Assembly (NCBI GenBank): GCA_017436345.1 | Contig: JAFSDH010000005.1 | Coordinates: 11,783 to 75,782, forward strand | Origin: Bacilli bacterium | GTDB taxonomy: Bacteria > Bacillota_I > Bacilli_A > RF39 > UBA660 | Direction of reading: 5' to 3' | DNA: 64,000 nt | Shown here: piece by piece, positions 52,080 through 61,090 of the stretch | Layout: each line of letters begins with the position of its first letter | Position numbering within the stretch: position 1 is the stretch's first letter | Program-made: the position numbers and the translations under genes | Notes under the pieces: generated by a model | The model's input: the letters and a program-made list of their open reading frames with translations, nothing else | What the model was told of the DNA's origin: nothing | The model's database searches: none

Positions 52080-53228
52080 TTATAAAAATAAATTTCTTAT
52101 CCAAATAGTTGGATACCCAACATACATAACTCTTAATTCAACCAAACCAATAATATTACTATCAGTAATGTAACCAGCATCTCTTTCTTCGTTATTATCA
52201 CCTTTAGTATAATATCTAACTTCCCCATTAATATTAACTATATCAATAACTCTATGAATCAATTTAACACCATTTTTTTCAAAAACAATTACTTGTTCTT
52301 TCTTAATATTTTGATTATCATAACTATCATATATAACCGCATCTCCTTTATTAATAGATCCAGTCATACTATCTGACCCAACAACTAAAATACCATATCT
52401 AAACCTACATGAAATAAGCATAGTAATTAAAGTCATAACTACTACAAGTACCGTTACACCAATAATATTTTTTCTTTTTTCACGATAAGGAACAACAAAA
52501 CTAGTTTTAGAATATGTATGTTCTAAAAACAAATACATTAAATACGGATATATTACTCGTAAAAACGCCCTAAAATAAATATATATATTAGGAACAATAG
52601 GAATAATATATACATATAAAACTGTAATCATTCTATAAAGAACAATCCCAAAACTTCCATATCTATTAGATACATAATTGTAATACAAATTACATGAGAT
52701 AGATGCGAATAAAATAAATCCCATCGCAGTCATAAAATCATTGAAATTAGTTAAGTCATATACACCTATATAAATAATTAAATCGATTAAAACCATATTT
52801 ATAAAAGAGAAAATCTTTGATAAATCAAAACTCTTATTAAAAATTCTAATCTTACCTTCAATAGATAAAAAAGAAGATCTTATAATTTCAGTAGAAGTAA
52901 TTATTACAATAAGAGGTAATATATACCTATATAGTGTTTTAAAATTAAATAATATTGGTTGTTTTACAAAATCATTAATATAAATACCTAATAAATAAAA
53001 AATAATCAAATATACAATTCCAAAAACAAACATCAAAAATGCAACTTGTTTTCTATAAATAGAATGAATTTTTTTCTTTTTTAATAAATTCTTAACTATT
53101 AAAGCATAAATACCTAAAACTAATGCCAAAATAATATATGTTATTTTATTTGACACAATGAGAGCAGTGAATAGGATAACTAATAGTATTAATTCTAAAA
53201 TATATAATCTAAGTTTATCTTTCCTCAT
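52080..53228 (-). CDS. Signal peptidase I, SipW/archaeal-type, fused to a multi-TM N-terminus
   Basis: GSDSM..GD, IHRV and TKGDNN..D (Ser-His type catalytic motifs). Confidence 0.85.
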   Translation of the reverse strand: MRKDKLRLYILELILLVILFTALIVSNKITYIILALVLGIYALIVKNLLKKKKIHSIYRKQVAFLMFVFGIVYLIIFYLLGIYINDFVKQPILFNFKTLYRYILPLIVIITSTEIIRSSFLSIEGKIRIFNKSFDLSKIFSFINMVLIDLIIYIGVYDLTNFNDFMTAMGFILFASISCNLYYNYVSNRYGSFGIVLYRMITVLYVYIIPIVPNIYIYFRAFLRVIYPYLMYLFLEHTYSKTSFVVPYREKRKNIIGVTVLVVVMTLITMLISCRFRYGILVVGSDSMTGSINKGDAVIYDSYDNQNIKKEQVIVFEKNGVKLIHRVIDIVNINGEVRYYTKGDNNEERDAGYITDSNIIGLVELRVMYVGYPTIWIRNLFL

Positions 53229-53281
53229 ACTATCCCTTCTTTACCATATTCATTGCCTACATTCTAACAAATAAAATTTTA

Positions 53282-53821
53282 TTATTCTTGAACTGCTTCA
53301 ATATCTTCTAAAATTATTTTAAAGTTTTCAGTAACACTTGTACCAGCATCAGAACCAACATAAGCTTTATTTAAAGTTACTGTAACAGTAAATGTTGTAG
53401 TTTGACCAGCAGCAATAGTTACATCAGAAACAGTTGGAGTTACTGTGAAATAACTAGATGCATATGGAGTAGTACCATCACTAGCGTACACTTTAACATT
53501 TGCAGCAGTAAGTTTTGCAGCTAAACCTTTTTGGCTATTATTTTTTACTGTAAAAGTTACTGTTTGAGATTCACCAACATTTGTTAATGTAGCAGACATA
53601 GTAGCAGTTTCTCCATCACCAATAGTTGCTGTAGAACTTGCAGTTGATGTTGCAGTACCAGCAGTAGCATCAGTAAATTCAACATCAAAACTAGATGCTG
53701 CGTCCTTAGCTGTTGCAGTACCCGTAACATTTAAGTCTAAAGTAGTTAATGCATACCCAACACCTAACATTAATACTGCGATAAGTAGTGCAACCACTAG
53801 AAAAGAGTTTTTCTTTTTCAT
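53282..53821 (-). CDS. TasA/camelysin-like putative major fibre subunit
   Basis: LGVGYA-LTTLDLNVTGTA; Thr/Ala-rich; GESQTVTFTVKN; strong AGGAGGTG RBS. Confidence 0.65.
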   Translation of the reverse strand: MKKKNSFLVVALLIAVLMLGVGYALTTLDLNVTGTATAKDAASSFDVEFTDATAGTATSTASSTATIGDGETATMSATLTNVGESQTVTFTVKNNSQKGLAAKLTAANVKVYASDGTTPYASSYFTVTPTVSDVTIAAGQTTTFTVTVTLNKAYVGSDAGTSVTENFKIILEDIEAVQE

Positions 53822-53986
53822 CTTTTCACCTCCTTATCTTTACAAATAATGAGCAAAAATAGAATAAAACACTATTATTATCATAAGACATAACAATGAA
53901 AAAGTACGAGGAACTAAATAGTTCTACGGACCTACTATCCTATAATAATAATATTAAACCTTTTTATAAGAAAAATAAAGGGAAAA

Positions 53987-54003
53987 TGTCAAAAAATGTC
54001 GAA
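53987..54003. promoter_or_regulatory. Tandem Spo0A-box-like sites
   Basis: TGTCAAA and TGTCGAA, 10 bp apart, upstream of the fibre operon. Confidence 0.45.
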
Positions 54004-54085
54004 TTATTAAAATATAATTAAAACCATTTGCAATTTATAAAAAATTATTTTATTCCATAAAAAAAATCCATTTCCATGGACACCA

Positions 54086-54751
54086 TTACATTCTTTTCAT
54101 TTTAACTTTTGGCATACTAGATAATTTATCTATATCTATACTTGTACCTTGATTTGTTGACATTTCCCTTAAAGGTATATCTAATGATTTTACTTTTAAA
54201 ACATTAGCTAATTCTTTTAAATTATTATAATTTTTCAAAACTTGCGTAATTGATACATCAACTGGTTCTTTTACTGTACTCATTCTAATAGCTGCAATAT
54301 ACGCTAAAAGTCTCGTATCAATAGCTCTAAACTTATCATTCATAATACTTTCATCAGAAAGGTATTCATTACCATAATTTGTACTAACACGTCTCGCTGA
54401 AATATCACTAGTAATTAAAATATCAACATTTTTTTCACAAAACGGATTATATTCAAATTCATCCGGATTTAAATCAGTCATTCCAACTACTGCCAAAGAT
54501 ATAGATTCACTACCATTCGCATGAGACTCTGTATCATCAAACAATTCCAAAGTTTCATCAGAAATTAATCCTATTTTATTTTGTTCTTTTCCAGATAAAA
54601 TACCATTTTCAACAATAGATATCGTATCCTCATATCTTGTATTATGATGAAATTTATCATCAATTACTTCTATTGGTGTACTAATTACATCCGCTATAGA
54701 AGTTTCTACATAATCTAATACTTCTTTCTTTTCTAAAATAACATTCTCCAT
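54086..54751 (-). CDS. Hypothetical protein, possible ADP-ribosyltransferase fold
   Basis: FHHNT..SIVENGILS...ISLA...GNEYL pattern. Confidence 0.45.
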   Translation of the reverse strand: MENVILEKKEVLDYVETSIADVISTPIEVIDDKFHHNTRYEDTISIVENGILSGKEQNKIGLISDETLELFDDTESHANGSESISLAVVGMTDLNPDEFEYNPFCEKNVDILITSDISARRVSTNYGNEYLSDESIMNDKFRAIDTRLLAYIAAIRMSTVKEPVDVSITQVLKNYNNLKELANVLKVKSLDIPLREMSTNQGTSIDIDKLSSMPKVKMKRM

Positions 54752-54838
54752 TTATGCACTTCCTTTCAATTATTTTAATAGATATTAAAAAATACCTAAG
54801 TCAACATTCTAACATAAAAAAAATTAAGTAACAAGATG

Positions 54839-55684
54839 TTACTTAACTTTTTTTATAACCTTTTCTTCACTATTAGTTTTAGCATTTTTCTTATCATCCA
54901 AAACCTTTTTTATTTCTTCAAAAGTTGTTGGTAAATCAACATTATAACGTTCCCCATAACTATAACTATCATATTGTGTAGGTTGATTATTTAAAATATA
55001 TAGATGTTTATCAGGATTGTCTCCATGAATAAATAAATCAATAAGTCTAGTAACTGTACTTACTGTTAAACTTGTACCAGCGGCGATTACAACATCAGCA
55101 CTATTTATAAGTTCAAGACATTTAAAATAATCACTTTTATTATATCCTTCACCATATAAAACAATTGCTGGCCTAATATTTCCTTTACAATCAGGACAAG
55201 TACATTTAAAACCTTCGTTCATATAATGTTCCTTAGAATATTCAGTCTCACAATCTTGACAATAAAATCTATTAGATCCATGAATAGTAATTACATTTTC
55301 ACTACCAGCTTCTTGATGTAAATTATCAATATTTTGAGTAATTATACCACTTATATATCCTTCTTTTTCTAATTCAGCTAAAACAGTATGATTTATATTA
55401 GGCTTAATATCACTAGATAAAACTTTATTAATTTTATAAAAATCATAAAAAGCTTCTGGATATCCTAATAAGCATGTACGTGACAACATAAACTCAATAG
55501 GCATTTTTCTCAAATATGGATACTTTTTGTAAAACTCCTCATTTGGATTATTATATAACCCATCTTCACTTCTAAAATCAGGTATTCCACTAGCTGTGGA
55601 TATACCAGCCCCGGTAATAACAACAACATTTTTACCACTAAATAAATCTTCAATTAACTTTTTCATATTTACCCCATCTTTCAA
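54839..55684 (-). CDS. Sirtuin (Sir2/CobB-type) NAD-dependent deacylase
   Basis: GAGISTASGIPDFRS, TQNIDNLH, IHGS, two CxxC and GTSL motifs. Confidence 0.93.
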   Translation of the reverse strand: MKDGVNMKKLIEDLFSGKNVVVITGAGISTASGIPDFRSEDGLYNNPNEEFYKKYPYLRKMPIEFMLSRTCLLGYPEAFYDFYKINKVLSSDIKPNINHTVLAELEKEGYISGIITQNIDNLHQEAGSENVITIHGSNRFYCQDCETEYSKEHYMNEGFKCTCPDCKGNIRPAIVLYGEGYNKSDYFKCLELINSADVVIAAGTSLTVSTVTRLIDLFIHGDNPDKHLYILNNQPTQYDSYSYGERYNVDLPTTFEEIKKVLDDKKNAKTNSEEKVIKKVK

Positions 55685-55714
55685 AAATTATATTAACATT
55701 ACAATATCTTTTTA

Positions 55715-58126
55715 TCAAATATTTTTTCTAATCGGTTTCTTCCTAAGAGACTTTGCTACCTCAACCATATCATCCACAATAAAAGTTCCACCTGAATCTC
55801 TTCTATTTCTAATCGTTTTTGATAAAGTTTCTTCATTACGACCATTTAATAATATATAAGTAGGAATATTTAAGGTTTTAGGTACTAAATCTGATGTACC
55901 ATTTCCTATCATAATAACATCATCAAGTTCCAAATTAATTTTAAGTTGTCCTAATTGATCAACGAATCCCTTTTTACTTGCTTTAGCATAAGAATTAGAC
56001 AAATCTCCAACATGTACAATATCTCCAACAAAAGATAAATGATTCAACTTCGCTTTTTGAACCAATGACAACCCATTAGTATAAATCGCAATATCATAAC
56101 CTTGACATTTTAGTTTTTGAATTCCTTCTTCAACTCTAGGACAAATACGAGTTTCTTTTTTTGCATAATCAACTTCTTCTTTAATATATGTCTTACAGAA
56201 TTTGTTGTAATCAATTTTTTCTCCTAAAATACTACTACATCTGTTTTTAATAAACACAGAAAAATTTTCAACAGTTCCAAATCCTTTTTCTTTTTTGCAA
56301 GCAGACATAAACTCTAAATAAGCCCAATCCATTTCTTTACCCAGTTTAATAGTTTCTTCATCACATAAATTTATTTTCATTTTCTTCAAAGTAGAAACTA
56401 AAACCTCTTGTCTATCTTGGTCTTCTACTAATGTTCCATCAATATCTATCATTGCAACCTTTTTTCCGCTTGTCGCAACAATATTTCTTTTAATTTCCTT
56501 AAAATAGTAATCTAAATCTAATCTATTCATATCAAAATTATCTAACCCATCATTTACTAATTCAAAATTAACCTTCGAATTATATGAAACTAATTTACCA
56601 CTAGAATTCAATTTATAAACTTTCTTTTTAGGCTCATCTTTAACTGCAATAATTCTATTTGAACTTGAAGTTAACTCAACAAGTTCTCCATCCTCAAAAA
56701 TATATAATGGTGAAGAATTAGAACTTCTATTAATTATTTCTTGAAAAAGAGTTGGATCATTTCTATAAAATACATTCATCAAACTATTCATAATATCATT
56801 ATCATTATTTAAATAATAATTTAATAAACATTCACTTAAATATTTTTTAGAATTAGTTTGTAGTAAATCATCTTCCATCTTTCCAAAAGTACCAATTTTC
56901 TTCACAGTACCATCAGCAAACTCTACACAATAACTTTGAGTATTTTTATGTGATATTTTTGTAATTTCATCAACATCACAAGACATATTTAATCTATTAC
57001 AAATATTATCAACAATTTCACGAATCTTAGAATTATTACCCTTATCAGTTTTAATAATCATACCATCAGTATTAACTTCAATTACGTCTACCCCTAATTT
57101 TTCTATTTGTAAATATACTAAATACATAATTAAAGCACCATTTATAACAACAGATTTACCTATATTAGGATTATAACCTTTACTATCTTTATTATTAAAA
57201 CAATCAATAAAACTATTTATAAGTCTCTTATAATATTTTTGTTCTATTTTTTTCTCACTCTTTAATTTAATCCTTCTATCACGCAACATTTCATATCTTT
57301 CAGGATAATCACAAATATCTTTTAACCATTCATTATTTATAATCATAGATGGTCCAAAACTATTAAAATCAATATATAAATAGTTATTATTCCCAGTATT
57401 ATCAACAACATTTTTTAAACCATCTTTTAAACCTTGACCACTTATACTAACAGGTGTTTTTCCAAAATTTACAACAAATTTTTCTTGCTTACTTGCAACT
57501 ATCTTATCAAATAAATTACGAAGTTCAGGAATTTCCTCCATATATTTACTAAGATTTTTATCTATTTGAATAGAATGAATCTTATTTCCATTAAAAGAAA
57601 CAATGTCTTCCATAAGTCTTCCTTTAGAGTGAAAAACAAACTCATTAGGTAAAGAATATTCATCAATAAGACCAAGTCTCCAATCAAAATAATCTTTTCT
57701 TAAAGAATATATTTCTTTTATAAAATCTAATTTATATTTTAACTCTTCTATAACTTTCTTTAATTCACTATCTTGAATTTCATCAGACACATTATAATTA
57801 AAAACACGTCTATTTAAATTTAATAAACAATTATCTAAACGTACATCATTAGATCTAACAATTTCCTGTGTAACGTCTAAAGATATTGGTAAATAACTAT
57901 TAGTATCAGTATAGGAAACATCCCCATCTAAAGTTCCACATTTTAATAAAGATACAATTTTTTTATTATCATAATGATAATTATCCCCACTAATAAATAA
58001 ACTATCTTTATTTTCATTAAAAAATTTTCTTAAACTCTCAACATCATCATAAATAAAATATCTTTTATCATCTTTTTCAAACATTATAAACCAATGATTA
58101 CCCATTGATTTAAACGTATAAAACAT
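55715..58126 (-). CDS. Divergent phage-type family B DNA polymerase fused to a C-terminal HAD phosphatase
   Basis: DFNSFGPS (motif A), R..LK...YKRLINS (motif B) and NTDG (motif C). DIDGTL, YTNG and MIGN..SD HAD motifs. Confidence 0.8.
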   Translation of the reverse strand: MFYTFKSMGNHWFIMFEKDDKRYFIYDDVESLRKFFNENKDSLFISGDNYHYDNKKIVSLLKCGTLDGDVSYTDTNSYLPISLDVTQEIVRSNDVRLDNCLLNLNRRVFNYNVSDEIQDSELKKVIEELKYKLDFIKEIYSLRKDYFDWRLGLIDEYSLPNEFVFHSKGRLMEDIVSFNGNKIHSIQIDKNLSKYMEEIPELRNLFDKIVASKQEKFVVNFGKTPVSISGQGLKDGLKNVVDNTGNNNYLYIDFNSFGPSMIINNEWLKDICDYPERYEMLRDRRIKLKSEKKIEQKYYKRLINSFIDCFNNKDSKGYNPNIGKSVVINGALIMYLVYLQIEKLGVDVIEVNTDGMIIKTDKGNNSKIREIVDNICNRLNMSCDVDEITKISHKNTQSYCVEFADGTVKKIGTFGKMEDDLLQTNSKKYLSECLLNYYLNNDNDIMNSLMNVFYRNDPTLFQEIINRSSNSSPLYIFEDGELVELTSSSNRIIAVKDEPKKKVYKLNSSGKLVSYNSKVNFELVNDGLDNFDMNRLDLDYYFKEIKRNIVATSGKKVAMIDIDGTLVEDQDRQEVLVSTLKKMKINLCDEETIKLGKEMDWAYLEFMSACKKEKGFGTVENFSVFIKNRCSSILGEKIDYNKFCKTYIKEEVDYAKKETRICPRVEEGIQKLKCQGYDIAIYTNGLSLVQKAKLNHLSFVGDIVHVGDLSNSYAKASKKGFVDQLGQLKINLELDDVIMIGNGTSDLVPKTLNIPTYILLNGRNEETLSKTIRNRRDSGGTFIVDDMVEVAKSLRKKPIRKNI

Positions 58127-58148
58127 ATCATAACCCCCATTGCAGTGT

Positions 58149-58178
58149 TATATTACCATTACAAAATAAAAATGTCAA
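58149..58178 (-). promoter_or_regulatory. SigA promoter of the PolB-HAD gene
   Basis: TTGACA-17 bp-TAATAT with an extended TG. Confidence 0.75.
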
Positions 58179-58232
58179 GTGTATTTTCAACACTTTTGTT
58201 ATAAAAAATAAAAACCAACTAATGTTGATTTT

Positions 58233-58814
58233 TTATTTCACTTTATTTTTAACAGATAAGTTAAACTTATTTACAATAATATCTGTAACTTCATCTGGTG
58301 ATAAATTTGTATTATCAATTTTTATATGATTAGGACAAATCATTTCTCCTTCTAAAGAGTTTAAACGATACTTTTCTACAGTATTTATTAAATCTTTAGT
58401 ACTTCTTTCAATATCATTCTTAGATAATTTTGATTCTAATCGATGCGGTGTAACATTTCTTTCTAATCTAGTTTGTAAATCTGCTGATAATTCAACAAAA
58501 TAAAAAGATCCACCTGTATTTTCAAACATATTTCTTAAATTATTTAAATATTCAATATCTTGAGGCATATCATAAGCAGTTACAAAAGTAAAAATCATAT
58601 CAACATCATACTTTATCGCAGTACTAAAAGCAGCTTCACGAATCATACGATTTAAATCTTTTTGAGCATCACTTCCTCTTTCAAAGATTTTATCAGAAAC
58701 TTCAATACTATCATGATTAACCATTAATGAATAACCTATTTTATCTCTTAAACTTTCTGCAACAGTCATCTTACCAACAGCTTGTGGTCCTGATACAACT
58801 ATTAAATTCGCCAT
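58233..58814 (-). CDS. P-loop kinase (AAA_33/shikimate kinase-like)
   Basis: GPQAVGKMT and LQTRLERN motifs. Confidence 0.8.
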   Translation of the reverse strand: MANLIVVSGPQAVGKMTVAESLRDKIGYSLMVNHDSIEVSDKIFERGSDAQKDLNRMIREAAFSTAIKYDVDMIFTFVTAYDMPQDIEYLNNLRNMFENTGGSFYFVELSADLQTRLERNVTPHRLESKLSKNDIERSTKDLINTVEKYRLNSLEGEMICPNHIKIDNTNLSPDEVTDIIVNKFNLSVKNKVK

Positions 58815-58835
58815 AAAATCACTCCTATATTTATA

Positions 58836-59261
58836 TTATACAATCTTATCTATAACATCTGATAAATACTCACCAGATTCTAAAACTATTTTCTTTGCAA
58901 AAGTATTTTTTTCACAATCAGAAATATGTTCATCCCATCTAGAGAAAAAACCATTAACAAACTCTTCAGAACTATTTCTAGAAATAGCTCTATTTTTATA
59001 TTCATCTTTTAATTCACGTTTAGGATATACTAAATAATATTCAATGCCAAGTTCATTTAATCTCTCAAGCATTACACCATGAGTAGTAATAAATACATAA
59101 TCATACTTAGAAGAAAGAGCAAGTAAGCATTCGACATACATTTTCTCCCAACCTTCTTCCTTACGAAAGAAGTGAGTATCAAAATCAATATAATTAAGAT
59201 CCTTAAATTTACTTAAAGAACTTTTACCTATATTAGAAAAACCACTTATAATAATTCCCAT
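58836..59261 (-). CDS. Small P-loop kinase-like protein
   Basis: IISGFSNIGKS, D.D and VYP..ELKDEY..R motifs. Confidence 0.65.
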   Translation of the reverse strand: MGIIISGFSNIGKSSLSKFKDLNYIDFDTHFFRKEEGWEKMYVECLLALSSKYDYVFITTHGVMLERLNELGIEYYLVYPKRELKDEYKNRAISRNSSEEFVNGFFSRWDEHISDCEKNTFAKKIVLESGEYLSDVIDKIV

Positions 59262-59365
59262 CTAATCACCTCGGTATTTATATTGATAAATAAAAAGTTA
59301 ATATTTTTCATTCATACTATTAAATTATAACACAAAAAAACGAATCTAAAATTCGTTTTTATTTA

Positions 59366-60310
59366 TTATCCTTTAAATAGTCCTCCATTAATATGTAAAA
59401 CTTGACCAGTAACATAAGAAGCATCATCACTTGCTAGATAAACGAATAATGGCGCTATTTCATAAGTTTCACCAGCTCGTTTCATTGGTGCATCAGCACT
59501 TAAAGTAGGAATCTTTTCTGCTTCCCAACATGCAGGTTGTAATGGTGTCCAAAAATATCCCGGAGCAACAGCATTTACTCTAATATTTTTATCTGCTAGA
59601 TTAGTAGCTAAAGATCTAGTAAAACCAACAATCGCTCCTTTGGTTGTAACGTAATCAATCAGTTCAGGTTCACCATAAAAAGTAGTAACTGAAGATAAAT
59701 TTATAATATTAGAACCAGGTTTCATATATTTAAGAGCACTTCTAGTTAAATAAAACATACCATAAACATTTGTTTTCATCGTTTTATCAAATTGCTCATC
59801 ACTAATATCTAATAAACTCTTTTGTTGATATTGTACCGCAGCATTATTTATTAAAATATCAATTTTGCCAAACTTCTTTATTGTTTCTTGAACTATAAAA
59901 TTACAAAAACTCTTTTCTTTAATATCACCTGCTAAAAATAAACTTTCCCCACCTAAATCATCTAGCACCTTCTTTGTTTCCATCGCATCTTTATGTTCAT
60001 TTAAATACGCGATTACAACATGAGCTCCTTCTTTAACATAAGCAACAGCTACTGCTCGACCAATACCAGAATCTCCTCCAGTAATAATTGCTACTTTTCC
60101 TTTTAACTTTCCACAAGCTTTATAATTATCGTTATTATATATAGGTCTAGGACACATTAAATATTCCATTCCCGGTTGAACATCCTGTTCTTGGGGTGGG
60201 TATTCTACTTTAAAAGAAGTACATTTTAATCCATTGCAATTTTCATCAATTGCTTTCAAACCATAATCATCTTGACCATTATTATTAGAATAATAAAATT
60301 TATAATCCAT
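59366..60310 (-). CDS. SDR oxidoreductase (YhdF/YdaD-like)
   Basis: PPQEQ..QPG.E, TGGDSGIG and YVTTK motifs. Confidence 0.9.
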   Translation of the reverse strand: MDYKFYYSNNNGQDDYGLKAIDENCNGLKCTSFKVEYPPQEQDVQPGMEYLMCPRPIYNNDNYKACGKLKGKVAIITGGDSGIGRAVAVAYVKEGAHVVIAYLNEHKDAMETKKVLDDLGGESLFLAGDIKEKSFCNFIVQETIKKFGKIDILINNAAVQYQQKSLLDISDEQFDKTMKTNVYGMFYLTRSALKYMKPGSNIINLSSVTTFYGEPELIDYVTTKGAIVGFTRSLATNLADKNIRVNAVAPGYFWTPLQPACWEAEKIPTLSADAPMKRAGETYEIAPLFVYLASDDASYVTGQVLHINGGLFKG

Positions 60311-60401
60311 GTCATCACCATTATTAATATATGCCTGATAAAAAAAATGGTAATATTATATAAAAAAATTTAGTTAAATAACTAAATCTTTAAACTATAA
60401 T

Positions 60402-61076
60402 TTAATCTTGATTTAAAAAATCTTTTTCAAATTCTTCAATATTTTCATTATCTCCAACAACTACCATATAATCATCCTCTTTTAAAATATGCTTAGGATT
60501 AACTTTAGTATATGTTTCTCCGTCACTTTCTACAGCAACAATACTTAAAAAATATTTATCTCTGAGTTGTGTCTCCTTAATAGTCATACCAACAAAACAT
60601 TCAGGAATTCTAAATTCACTAACACTAACATTACCATTTAAATGAATAAAGTCTAGACGCCTTGAATTTAACAACATTCCACCAATCCTATCAGCCATAT
60701 CACGTTCTGGATAGACAACTTCTGCACCCAACTTCTCTAAAATCATACCATGATCATCGCTATTCGCTTTAGCAATAACTCTCGGTACACCCATATTAAC
60801 AATATTTAAAGTTGTAAGAACACTAATTGCCATATCTTTTGAAATACATACAATTACTGTCTCACAATTTTGGATTCCAGTTTCTTCCAATATAAACTTA
60901 TCCAAACTTTTTACCACAAAAGCTGTAGAAACATAATCTTTTATATCATTAACTCTATCTTCATTTTGATCTATAGCTAAAACTTCTCTTCCTGCTTTAG
61001 CTAATTTCTTTGCTAAATTAGAACCGAATGTCCCCAACCCAATAATACCAAACTCTATAGCTGCCTTTTGTTTCAT
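60402..61076 (-). CDS. ktrA: Ktr potassium uptake RCK subunit
   Basis: IIGLGTFG and VVYPERDMA motifs; TrkA-C domain. Confidence 0.88.
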   Translation of the reverse strand: MKQKAAIEFGIIGLGTFGSNLAKKLAKAGREVLAIDQNEDRVNDIKDYVSTAFVVKSLDKFILEETGIQNCETVIVCISKDMAISVLTTLNIVNMGVPRVIAKANSDDHGMILEKLGAEVVYPERDMADRIGGMLLNSRRLDFIHLNGNVSVSEFRIPECFVGMTIKETQLRDKYFLSIVAVESDGETYTKVNPKHILKEDDYMVVVGDNENIEEFEKDFLNQD

Positions 61077-61090
61077 ATATATTCCTCCTC

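Noticed and set aside
54839-55684. Sirtuin as a Thoeris/DSR-type NADase
   Set aside because: It has the zinc-binding CxxC pairs and complete motifs of a classical deacylase, with no SLOG or long C-terminal domain.
55715-58126. PolB gene as part of a prophage or pipolin
   Set aside because: There are no structural, helicase, primase or integrase genes, or att repeats, around it.
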